From Thermoleophilia bacterium (GTDB taxonomy: Bacteria > Actinomycetota > Thermoleophilia > Gaiellales > SKUG01): a stretch of 57,385 nucleotides of DNA. Below the pieces are notes generated by a model. The model did not search any database, was not told where the DNA came from, and saw only the letters and a program-made list of their open reading frames with translations. The DNA is taken from assembly GCA_039811765.1 (NCBI GenBank), contig JBDHZF010000002.1:1-57385 (forward strand), written 5' to 3'. Below are positions 1-7,560 of this stretch, one piece after another (the first letter of the stretch is position 1; the number at the start of each line of letters is the position of its first letter). Both the position numbers and the translations under genes were made by a program.

Positions 1-130
1 CGCGTGCGGGCGGCGGCGGCGTCGTCGGCTTCGGGGCGTGCGATCGCTTGCGTGCGCGGTCGCGACGCTCGCGCTCGCGGCGCTCACGCTCGACCGAGGG
101 GTCGCGATAGGATTTTTCGTCTCGAGTCAT
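1..130 (-). CDS. partial CDS (first 43 codons only; the rest lies beyond the window edge) with a basic, Pro-rich N-terminal tail; FtsQ/DivIB-like by position only
   Basis: ATG at 130-128 overlaps the TGA of the upstream ORF (ATGA at 127-130). Translates MTRDEKSYRDPSVERERRERERRDRARKRSHAPKPTTPPPPAR. Assignment rests only on dcw synteny after murB. Confidence 0.35.
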   Translation of the reverse strand, partial: MTRDEKSYRDPSVERERRERERRDRARKRSHAPKPTTPPPPAR

Positions 131-3100
131 CGGCCCGCTCCCGCCGGCGCGTCGCCGTGCTCGAACAGCGGCGAGCTGCCACCGCGAGCGATCACCCGAA
201 CGGCCGATTGCAGCTCGACGCCGAATTGCGTGCGCACGCGGTCGCGCATGGCCTCGGCAAGCGCGATCACGTCGCTCGAGGTTGCGTCGTCGACGTTCTC
301 GATGACGTTGCAATCGGTGGACGAGATCCGCGCGCCGCCGATCTGCAGTCCGCCCATGCCGGCCTGCTCGACGAGACCGGCGGCTCGAGGACCGTCCTTC
401 GGGTCGAGGAAGACGCGTCGCAACGCAGGCACCGATGCAGATGTCGAACGGGCGTGCGACTCGTCGAAGCGTGCGCGAATCGCATCGATGCGCGCCGTGA
501 TCGACACGCGCTCGTCGCTCGCGAGCGCGAGTTCGAGCTCGCAAACAACTTCGTTCGGGCCGATGCTCGCATGGCTCGAGCGCGCGCTCAGATCTGCCGG
601 CACCACGTCGCGCGTGCCGCTCGCGCTCGCGAGCCGAGCGCGCAGCAACGCCTCGCGGATCGAGGAGCCGTCCACCTCGGCATTCGTGGCGAGCGCGGCG
701 CCGGCCGTGCCCGGGATCGCCGCCGCGAACTCGATGCCGCCGATACCGGCCTCGCGGCACGGATCGAGCGCTGCGGCGAGCATCGCGCCACCGCCGATCA
801 CGACCCGGGCGCGCGCGGCGTCGACATCGATGCGCGCGAGGTCGCCGACCAGGCGAATCGCCAGCCCACTGAAGCCCTCGTCCGCGACGATCATGCTCGT
901 TCCGAGACCGATCGCCACCACGGGCAGCGCCGATTCGCGAGCCCACGCAAGCAACTCGACGAGCTGCTGCTGCGAGTCGACCCGGGCGAAGAACCGTGCC
1001 GTGCCGCCAGTGCCGATCGTGGTTGCGCGAGCGAGATCGACGTCTCGCTCGACCCCGCTCGGCGCGTCGACGAGTCCGTCCTCGAGGCCATCGAGGAGGC
1101 GCGGTGCGAGCGCGGTCACGTTGCCGGCCCCCATCGTAATGAGCACGTCGCCGTTCATGGTCTCCGAGAGGATCGTAGCGACGTCGCCCGTCGCAGGATC
1201 GTCGACACCTCGGCCGGCATACACACTCGGCGCGATCTCCACGAGCGGATCGGCGATCAACCGCTCCGTCACGCCGACCATCGGCGCTTCGCGCGCGCCA
1301 TAGATCGGCAGCACCCATGCGCGATCGGCGTGCGCGAGCGCGGCAGCGAACTCGCCGGCGAGCGATCGCGTGCGCGAGTACAAGTGCGGCTGGAACACGA
1401 CGAGCACGCGCCCGCCGCGCGCCGCAGCTTGCGAACGAGCGGCCTCGATCGTCGCGGCGACCTCCGTGGGGTGGTGCGCGTAGTCGTCGACCACGAGCAC
1501 GCCATGCGCCTCGCCATGCACTTCGAAGCGGCGACCCACGCCGCGAAAGTCGGCAAGCGCGTCGAGGATCGTCTCCTGCGACAGGTCGCGTGCGCTCGGA
1601 ACGCTGCCGAGCGCGTGCATCGCCGCAAGCGCATTGAGCGCGTTGTGGCGCCCGGGCGAGGCGAGTCGCGAGCCGACGCGACGCAGCTCGTCCTCGTCGT
1701 CGCCGAACCTGATGACCCGTGCTCCGGAGCCGCTCGTCGCCGCGACCAATCGATCGAGCGCCGCGCCCGGACCGGCCACGAGCACATCCGGGCGCTGCTC
1801 GTTCACCCACCGCGCGAACAGTCGCTCGACTTCCTCGTCGCTCGCGAACGTGTGGTGGTGGTCGCGCTCGATGTTCGTCACCACCGCGACGCGCGGCGCG
1901 AGGTGCAGCAGCGTGCGATCGCTCTCGTCGCCCTCCACGAGAAACGGCCCGCTCCCGGTGAGCACGTTCGTGGGGGGTGTGTCGGGCCCGATTGGAACCG
2001 TGGCACCGAGTACCGCCGCTGGGTCCAGGTCGAGCGCGAGGGCCGCGTGCATGAGCATGCCTGTGGTCGTGGATTTGCCGTGCGCGCCGGCGACCACGAT
2101 GGTCTCCGGTCGAAGCCGAGTCAGCTCGCCGAGCAGCTCGCCGCGAAGCCATGTGCGGCATCCCAGCTCGCGGGCGCGCGCAAGCTCGGGATGGTCGGCG
2201 GGCAACGCGCTCGACGCCACGAGCTCGACGTCCTCGTGCACGTGGGACGGGTCGTGCCCGATGGCGACGTCGATGCCCGCGTCGCGAACGAGCTGCGCGA
2301 AGCCGCTGTCGGCTTGATCGCAGCCGCTCACGCGCGCGCCCCATGCCTGGCACGCGACGGCGAGCGCGCTCACGCCCGCGCCACCGATGCCCATCAGGTG
2401 GAACGATCGTCCAGCGAGCGGCGCGGGCGGCGCCTCGTTCGCATCCACGCCAGCGCGCCGCCGCACACGCGCCGCGCCGCATTGCGCGACGATCGTTGCG
2501 ATGCGTCCTGCAGCTCGCGGTCTCGCGACATCGCGCATCGCGCGTTCCAGCGCGTGGCGACGCTCGTCGCCGGATGCCGCGAGCAGATCGTGCACGATCG
2601 AGCGAAGCGTCGCGGCGTGAATGGACGAGTCGTCGGCGATCGCGGCCGCGCCTTGTTCCACGAACCAGCGCGCGTTCGCGGCCTGATGATCCCCCGTCAC
2701 GTGCGGGCTGGGCACGAGCACCGCGGCGCGACCGATTGCGGCGAGCTCGAACACGCTGCCGCCCGGACGGCACACCACAAGATCGGCAGCGGCGATCAGC
2801 GTCGGCATGTCGTCGCTGTACTCGAGCAGTCGATAGCGATTGCTCGCGATGCCGCGCTGCGCGACGTCCGCATGATCGCGATGCCCCGACACATGCACGA
2901 TCCACAACGGTTCGCCATCGATGCGCGGATCGGGATCGGAGCCCCACGCGTCGTGCGTCGACTCGTTCAGCCGCGTGGCGCCGCCACTGCCGCCGAACAC
3001 GAGCAGGACCCGTCCATCCAGCGGAATCTCGAGCTGCGCACGCGCGTCGCGTCGAATTCGTTCGCAGCCGCCGCCCAGCTCCACGAATCGTCGCGACACA

Positions 3101-3621
3101 GGTCGCCCGGTCACCTCCTGCCGCATGCGCAGGTTCGGCAGCGGATACGCGGTGCACAGGCGACGCGACATGCGTCCGCTGATCCGATTCGCGAGCCCCA
3201 GATGCGCGTCGGCTTCGGTGGCCACGACTGGCACGCGCATCGCTTTCGCGGCAATCGCGACCGGCGCGCTCACGAACCCGCCGGCGGCGAGCACCACGTC
3301 GGGACGCTGTCGGCGCACGATCCGCAGGCTCGAGAACACGGCGCCAATCGCTTGGCCGATCGCACGCAACTGCGCGACCCCCGGCCGTCTCGGCAGTCCG
3401 GAGATCGCGAACAGCTCCGCATCGTACCCTGCACTGGAGACGAGCTCCTCGTCCCGGCGACCGCGGCTAGCCGCGAACGACACGTCATGGCCTGCGGCGC
3501 GCAACTCGTCCGCCACCGCGATCGCAGGCGCAAGATGGCCAGCGGTACCGCCCGCGGCGACGAGCACACGAAGCCGTGGCACGCGCGCAGGCGTGTCGTT
3601 GCTGGGGAACTCGCGCATCAC
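127..3621 (-). CDS. murG-murC-murB: single 1164-aa ORF fusing MurG (aa ~1-385), MurC (aa ~405-850) and a MurB-like domain (aa ~855-1164)
   Basis: No stop in frame. MurG G-loop VAAGGTAGHLAP. MurC motifs FHLMGIGGAGVS, AGAHGKSTTT and DDYAHHPTE. MurB-fold motifs TTIGTGGTARFF, IPGTAGAA and GGLQIGGARIS. ATG at 3618 or GTG at 3621, preceded by GAGAGG. Confidence 0.85.
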   Translation of the reverse strand: MMREFPSNDTPARVPRLRVLVAAGGTAGHLAPAIAVADELRAAGHDVSFAASRGRRDEELVSSAGYDAELFAISGLPRRPGVAQLRAIGQAIGAVFSSLRIVRRQRPDVVLAAGGFVSAPVAIAAKAMRVPVVATEADAHLGLANRISGRMSRRLCTAYPLPNLRMRQEVTGRPVSRRFVELGGGCERIRRDARAQLEIPLDGRVLLVFGGSGGATRLNESTHDAWGSDPDPRIDGEPLWIVHVSGHRDHADVAQRGIASNRYRLLEYSDDMPTLIAAADLVVCRPGGSVFELAAIGRAAVLVPSPHVTGDHQAANARWFVEQGAAAIADDSSIHAATLRSIVHDLLAASGDERRHALERAMRDVARPRAAGRIATIVAQCGAARVRRRAGVDANEAPPAPLAGRSFHLMGIGGAGVSALAVACQAWGARVSGCDQADSGFAQLVRDAGIDVAIGHDPSHVHEDVELVASSALPADHPELARARELGCRTWLRGELLGELTRLRPETIVVAGAHGKSTTTGMLMHAALALDLDPAAVLGATVPIGPDTPPTNVLTGSGPFLVEGDESDRTLLHLAPRVAVVTNIERDHHHTFASDEEVERLFARWVNEQRPDVLVAGPGAALDRLVAATSGSGARVIRFGDDEDELRRVGSRLASPGRHNALNALAAMHALGSVPSARDLSQETILDALADFRGVGRRFEVHGEAHGVLVVDDYAHHPTEVAATIEAARSQAAARGGRVLVVFQPHLYSRTRSLAGEFAAALAHADRAWVLPIYGAREAPMVGVTERLIADPLVEIAPSVYAGRGVDDPATGDVATILSETMNGDVLITMGAGNVTALAPRLLDGLEDGLVDAPSGVERDVDLARATTIGTGGTARFFARVDSQQQLVELLAWARESALPVVAIGLGTSMIVADEGFSGLAIRLVGDLARIDVDAARARVVIGGGAMLAAALDPCREAGIGGIEFAAAIPGTAGAALATNAEVDGSSIREALLRARLASASGTRDVVPADLSARSSHASIGPNEVVCELELALASDERVSITARIDAIRARFDESHARSTSASVPALRRVFLDPKDGPRAAGLVEQAGMGGLQIGGARISSTDCNVIENVDDATSSDVIALAEAMRDRVRTQFGVELQSAVRVIARGGSSPLFEHGDAPAGAGR

Positions 3622-3630
3622 CTCTCGAAC

Positions 3631-4953
3631 TCACCCCCAGTCGATGTCGCTGTCGTCGTCGGCGTCGTCCTCGGTCGCAGCAGCAGACGATGCCGCGGCC
3701 GCGGCGTTGCGTTCGCGAACCCGAAGATCGTTTGCCGGTCGTCGCTCCGTCGCGATGTTCGCGAGCAACCCGAGCGCGACGAGCGTGACGATGATCGACG
3801 AGCCGCCATAGCTCACGAGCGGCAGCGGAATTCCGGTGAGCGGCATCAGGCCGGTCACGCCAGCGATGTTCACGCATGCCTGCCCGACGATCATCGCCGT
3901 GAGGCCCGCTGCAAGCAGCGCGCTGAATCGACTGCGCGCGCGAAGCGCGATGCGAACGCCGATGCCCGCGAGCACCGCGAACGAGCTGAGCACGAACAGC
4001 ACCCCGACGATGCCGAGCTCCTCCACGATCACGGCAAAGATCATGTCAGTGTGCGCTTCGGGAAGGAATGCGATCTTCTGCACGCTGTGGCCGAGTCCCA
4101 CGCCGAACGTGCCGCCGGATCCGATCGCGAGCTGCGCTTGGATCAGCTGGTAGCCGTCCCCATATGGGTTCTTCCACGGGTCGATGAACGCGAGGAACCG
4201 ATCCCGACGGTATTCCTCCGTCATGATCGACAGCACGACGAGCGCGATGCCCGGCCCGATCGTGCGCCACAGGAGCTTCCACGGCGTGCCGATGATCACG
4301 TACAACACGATCGTGACCGAGCCGATGACGAGGCCCGACCCGAGGTCGCTCTGGAGTCCGACGAGCATCGCGGCGATGAGCAGCGCGGCGCCGCCCGGCG
4401 ATTTGACGAAATCGTTGAACCAGTGTCGTGGTGGTTCGTGCGTGGCAAGATGCGCGGCGAGCATCGCGCACACTGCGAGCTTGAGCGGCTCGGACGGCTG
4501 CAGCTGGAAGAAGCCGAGGTTGATCCAGCGCGACGCGCCGTACGCAGAGTGGCCAACGCCCGGCACCATCACAGCGAGCGACAACCCCACGCACAGCCAC
4601 ACCAATGGACGTGCGAGACGACGCACGAGTTCGAGCGGCACGCGCATGGCGACCCACATCGCCGAGAGGCCGACAATGCCGAAAATAGCCTGCCGCTTGA
4701 GCAGCGACCACTGGTCGAGATCCTGCAGCATCAGCTCGCCGCTGGACGCGCTGGCTACCATCACCAGACCGAACACGTACAGCGCGATGGCGATCAGCAC
4801 GATGAGCCGTCGCCGCCCGAGCGCGGCGGTGACAGGCGACGCAGTTGGACGCTTCGCCGAGTTGGGCGTGGAGACGGATGCCGGCTCGCGCGCGGCTTTG
4901 CGCGTCCGCCGCCGGCGGTCTCGCTCTCCATCTCGTGTCGCAGTGCCCGCCAT
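3631..4953 (-). CDS. ftsW: SEDS-family cell-division protein FtsW (peptidoglycan polymerase / lipid II-handling protein)
   Basis: 440 aa, multi-TM, with the motif GIPLPLVSYGGSSIIV typical of FtsW/RodA. Lies immediately upstream of murG as in dcw clusters. Basic N-terminal tail and acidic C-terminal tail. Confidence 0.88.
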   Translation of the reverse strand: MAGTATRDGERDRRRRTRKAAREPASVSTPNSAKRPTASPVTAALGRRRLIVLIAIALYVFGLVMVASASSGELMLQDLDQWSLLKRQAIFGIVGLSAMWVAMRVPLELVRRLARPLVWLCVGLSLAVMVPGVGHSAYGASRWINLGFFQLQPSEPLKLAVCAMLAAHLATHEPPRHWFNDFVKSPGGAALLIAAMLVGLQSDLGSGLVIGSVTIVLYVIIGTPWKLLWRTIGPGIALVVLSIMTEEYRRDRFLAFIDPWKNPYGDGYQLIQAQLAIGSGGTFGVGLGHSVQKIAFLPEAHTDMIFAVIVEELGIVGVLFVLSSFAVLAGIGVRIALRARSRFSALLAAGLTAMIVGQACVNIAGVTGLMPLTGIPLPLVSYGGSSIIVTLVALGLLANIATERRPANDLRVRERNAAAAASSAAATEDDADDDSDIDWG

Positions 4954-5052
4954 CGAACCACGCTCATCCTGATCACGCCGCCGGATGCCGCGCGCGTTCG
5001 AAGCTCCTTCGCCGCGCTAACGCCCACTCCTCCCGCGCCCATCCTCCCCGCG

Positions 5053-5160
5053 CCCATCCGCAATTTCCGTGAACAGTCGGGACAAGATGCGGAAACGCCC
5101 GCGCACGCCCCGTCACCCATCCGCAATTTCTCCCGACTGTTCACGGAAATTGCAGATGGG
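5053..5160. repeat. 33-nt inverted repeat (31/33 matches) with a 42-nt spacer; family A palindrome
   Basis: 5053-5085 versus the reverse complement of 5128-5160 (hand comparison, 2 mismatches). The right arm encodes the last 15 codons of the DUF559 gene (PICNFREQSGEIADG-stop). Lies 100-200 nt upstream of the ftsW start. Confidence 0.8.
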
Positions 5161-6129
5161 GGCACCGCCTGCGCGTGCAGTTTCGAGAATCGACGCGCGT
5201 TCGAGAATCAGTTCACGCGCGGGCTGCGTCGCGCGAATCGGGTCCGCGTCGAAATCGGCGGCCCGGATGTCGATCAACGTCCAGCCGATGCTCTCCAACG
5301 CGCGTCGACGCACGCGATTGTTTCGCGCCTCGACCTTCTCGTCATGATGACCCGCGCCGGGCTCGACCGCGATCTTCAAGCCCTCGTAGGCAAGATCCAG
5401 CCGATAGTGCTTGTCGCCGACCTGCACCCGCAGGTTCTGTCGGATCGGATCGCCATCGATCTCGGGCAGGTATAGCTTCACATCGTCTTCCAACCGACTG
5501 TCCGAGCCCTCGTCGCCATCGATGTAAGCACGAAGCGCTGCTCGCAGGTTCGAACCTCCCGGCAGACGAGACCGCTCGGCAGCGATCGACAACAGCTCGT
5601 CGACGTTGAGCACGCCTAGGAACACCGCTTGGCGAATCATCGCAGTCAACTCGCCGACCGGCACCCGCGGCGCCAACATCACCAGCGTCCACGCGGGCGT
5701 GAGCACGCGAAGCCGACCGACCATGACACTTCGCTGGGCGACGTTGCCCATGTACGCCACCCTCATGTCGTCGAACCGGCGACGACACTCGCGGTCCGAA
5801 ACCACGTCGATGCGCCGCCAGCGACGACGCCTGGTGAACTTCCAATATGCCGCCGAGTCGAATCCCCCGAGCGCGGCCGTTCCGGGAGCCGACCGCACAG
5901 CCGCGTGCCATTCGCCGAGCTGGGACAGCACCGGGTTGCCGAATATCCATACTCCACGACGCCGCTGGGTGAGCACGCCCTCGACTCGGTATCGAGAAAC
6001 CGCCGAACTCGAATAGCCGAGCTCGAGCAGTTCGCGGGTCGAGACCACCCCTCCTTGCGATCCGGCTCGTCGCGCCAGCGCGGAAAGGTCTCGTCTCACT
6101 CGTCTTGTTGTCGCCGTCGAAGTGGTCAT
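5113..6129 (-). CDS. DUF559 (Vsr-like endonuclease fold) protein with an AbiEi-like winged-helix N-terminus
   Basis: 338 aa. N-terminus GGVVSTRELLELGYSSSAVSRYRVEGVL resembles AbiEi_4/wHTH. C-terminus YRLDLAYEGLKIAVEPGAGHHDEKVEARNNRVRRRALESIGWTLIDI resembles the DUF559 core. Confidence 0.7.
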   Translation of the reverse strand: MTTSTATTRRVRRDLSALARRAGSQGGVVSTRELLELGYSSSAVSRYRVEGVLTQRRRGVWIFGNPVLSQLGEWHAAVRSAPGTAALGGFDSAAYWKFTRRRRWRRIDVVSDRECRRRFDDMRVAYMGNVAQRSVMVGRLRVLTPAWTLVMLAPRVPVGELTAMIRQAVFLGVLNVDELLSIAAERSRLPGGSNLRAALRAYIDGDEGSDSRLEDDVKLYLPEIDGDPIRQNLRVQVGDKHYRLDLAYEGLKIAVEPGAGHHDEKVEARNNRVRRRALESIGWTLIDIRAADFDADPIRATQPARELILERASILETARAGGAPICNFREQSGEIADG

Positions 6130-6212
6130 CGACGTACCGTCTCAGCAAATTCGTCACGAATTGCGCGCACTTCGTGCCAACTTCGTGCCAACCTTCACAC
6201 GAAAGTGTCACG
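6130..6212 (-). promoter_or_regulatory. conserved 83-nt leader/promoter region of the DUF559 cassette (paralogous to 43546-43628)
   Basis: Ungapped alignment anchored on the two ATGs gives 57/83 identical positions (hand count). Shared blocks are CGTGACACTT and TTGGCACRAAGTGCGCRCAA. Confidence 0.5.
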
Positions 6213-6247
6213 ACGACGGGTCCGACGCAACCGGCGACACGCCCCAA

Positions 6248-6345
6248 CCATCCGCAATTCCCGTGAACAGTCGGGACAAATTCACGAAACGCGAATCCAG
6301 CTCCGCCGCCCATCCGCAATTTCCGCGAACAGTCGGGACAAATTC
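6248..6345. repeat. two direct family-A repeat copies, 62 nt apart
   Basis: CCATCCGCAATTCCCGTGAACAGTCGGGACAAATTC (6248-6283) and CCCATCCGCAATTTCCGCGAACAGTCGGGACAAATTC (6309-6345). Confidence 0.8.
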
Positions 6346-6382
6346 CGGAAACGACGGGCACGCAAGACGCACTGAACACAGC

Positions 6383-6517
6383 CAGGACGCACTGAGCGTG
6401 GTCAGGGCAAGGAGCCGGAGCGAAGCTGCACGCTGGTGCAGCGAGCGACGAGCGAAGCTGCACGCTGGTGCAGCGAGCGACGAGCGAAGCAGCTATGGCC
6501 GCGCTCAGTGCGTCCTG
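6383..6517 (-). terminator. large nested hairpin after mraY: 16-bp closing stem around 2.3 tandem 32-nt units, each with its own 7-bp hairpin
   Basis: CAGGACGCACTGAGCG (6383-6398) is the perfect reverse complement of 6502-6517. Units CGAAGCTGCACGCTGGTGCAGCGAGCGACGAG lie at 6421-6452 and 6453-6484, plus a partial third. The right arm overlaps the last mraY codons and the stop. Confidence 0.5.
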
Positions 6518-7560
6518 AACCAGATGGTGAAGCCGGTGGCGGAAAACAGGGAAGCGACGATCGCGAAACGCACCATGATCTGGGTCTCGCTCCACTCCTT
6601 CAGCTCGAAGTGGTGGTGGATCGGGGCCATCAGGAACAGTCGCTTCGGCTCGCCTGTGAATCGCCGCGAGAGCTTGAACACGGAGGTTTGCAGCATCACG
6701 CTCAGCCCCTCGACGACGAAGATCCCACCGATCACGACGAGCAGCAGCTCGACCTTGAGCACCACCGACAGCGCCGCGAGCGCGCCCCCGAGCGCGAGCG
6801 ATCCCGTGTCGCCCATGAACACCTTCGCCGGATAGGCGTTCCACCACAAGAACCCGATCAACGACCCGCCCAGCGCGGCGCAGAAGATCGCGATGTCGAG
6901 CGCCCCGTTCTGATCGAGCGAGAGCACGCCGATCCCCGTCAACCTGCGATCCCACAAGATGAACGCGATCGCGGCGAACGCCATCAGCGAGATCGTGACC
7001 GTGGTGGCCGCGAGCCCGTCGAGCCCGTCCGCGAGGTTCACGCAATTGCTCGCGCCGGCGAGCACGAAGAACAGCAGCACGTACCAGCCCCACTGCAGGT
7101 CGACGGTGATCGCGTTCGCTCCCGCGCTGTTGCTCGTGAACGGCACCTCGAGCGTGGTTGGGATGTGCAGCACGTGCGTGCTGGCCCATCCGAGGAACAC
7201 CGTGATCAGCCCGAGCAGGAAGAGCTTCGTCTTGCCGTTGATGCCGAGCGATCGACGGTTCACGACCTTCATCGCGTCGTCCCAGAAACCCATCATCGCG
7301 CACAGCATCGTCGTGATCCACACCACCAGCCCGAAATCGGTGTGGTCGCGACCCACGAGCCAATAGGGAACGCTCATGCCGAACAGGATCAGCAGCCCAC
7401 CCATGGTGGGGGTTCCCTTCTTGGTGACGGCATGCGACTGCGGGCCGTCTTCTCGGAATTCCTGGCCGAACTCCCGGCGCTGCGCCCATCGGATGAACAA
7501 CGGCCCGAGCGCGATCACGATGAGCGCGGCCAAGGTGCCTGCGAGCAACATCCGTGTCAC
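6505..7560 (-). CDS. mraY: phospho-N-acetylmuramoyl-pentapeptide transferase MraY
   Basis: 351 aa, multi-TM. Motifs KKGTPTMGG, NCVNLADGLDGLA and GDTGSLALGG. GTG start overlaps the murF stop (GTGA). Confidence 0.92.
   Translation of the reverse strand: MTRMLLAGTLAALIVIALGPLFIRWAQRREFGQEFREDGPQSHAVTKKGTPTMGGLLILFGMSVPYWLVGRDHTDFGLVVWITTMLCAMMGFWDDAMKVVNRRSLGINGKTKLFLLGLITVFLGWASTHVLHIPTTLEVPFTSNSAGANAITVDLQWGWYVLLFFVLAGASNCVNLADGLDGLAATTVTISLMAFAAIAFILWDRRLTGIGVLSLDQNGALDIAIFCAALGGSLIGFLWWNAYPAKVFMGDTGSLALGGALAALSVVLKVELLLVVIGGIFVVEGLSVMLQTSVFKLSRRFTGEPKRLFLMAPIHHHFELKEWSETQIMVRFAIVASLFSATGFTIWFRTH

Larger units (their letters stand above)
5053..6345 (-). mobile_element. candidate selfish cassette: DUF559/AbiEi-like gene plus conserved leader, bracketed by direct copies of a 33-37 nt repeat
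   Basis: Direct copies of CCCATCCGCAATTTCCGTGAACAGTCGGGACAA at 5053-5085, 6248-6283 and 6309-6345, and an inverted copy at 5128-5160. The cassette interrupts the dcw cluster where murD is expected. No transposase or integrase is seen. Confidence 0.35.

Noticed and set aside
4-5475. 1823-aa plus-strand ORF, the longest in the track
   Set aside because: It is antisense to murGCB and ftsW. Its composition is Arg/Ala/His-rich with no domain. This is a typical stop-free shadow frame of a ~70% GC genome.
6175-6190. Sigma-54-like element TGGCACGAAGTTGGCA (minus strand) in the DUF559 leader, one mismatch from TGGCAC-N5-TTGCW
   Set aside because: Actinomycetota are generally considered to lack RpoN. 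The paralogous leader at 43546-43628 keeps only one TTGGCAC copy. It is kept as a conserved motif, not called as a sigma-54 promoter.
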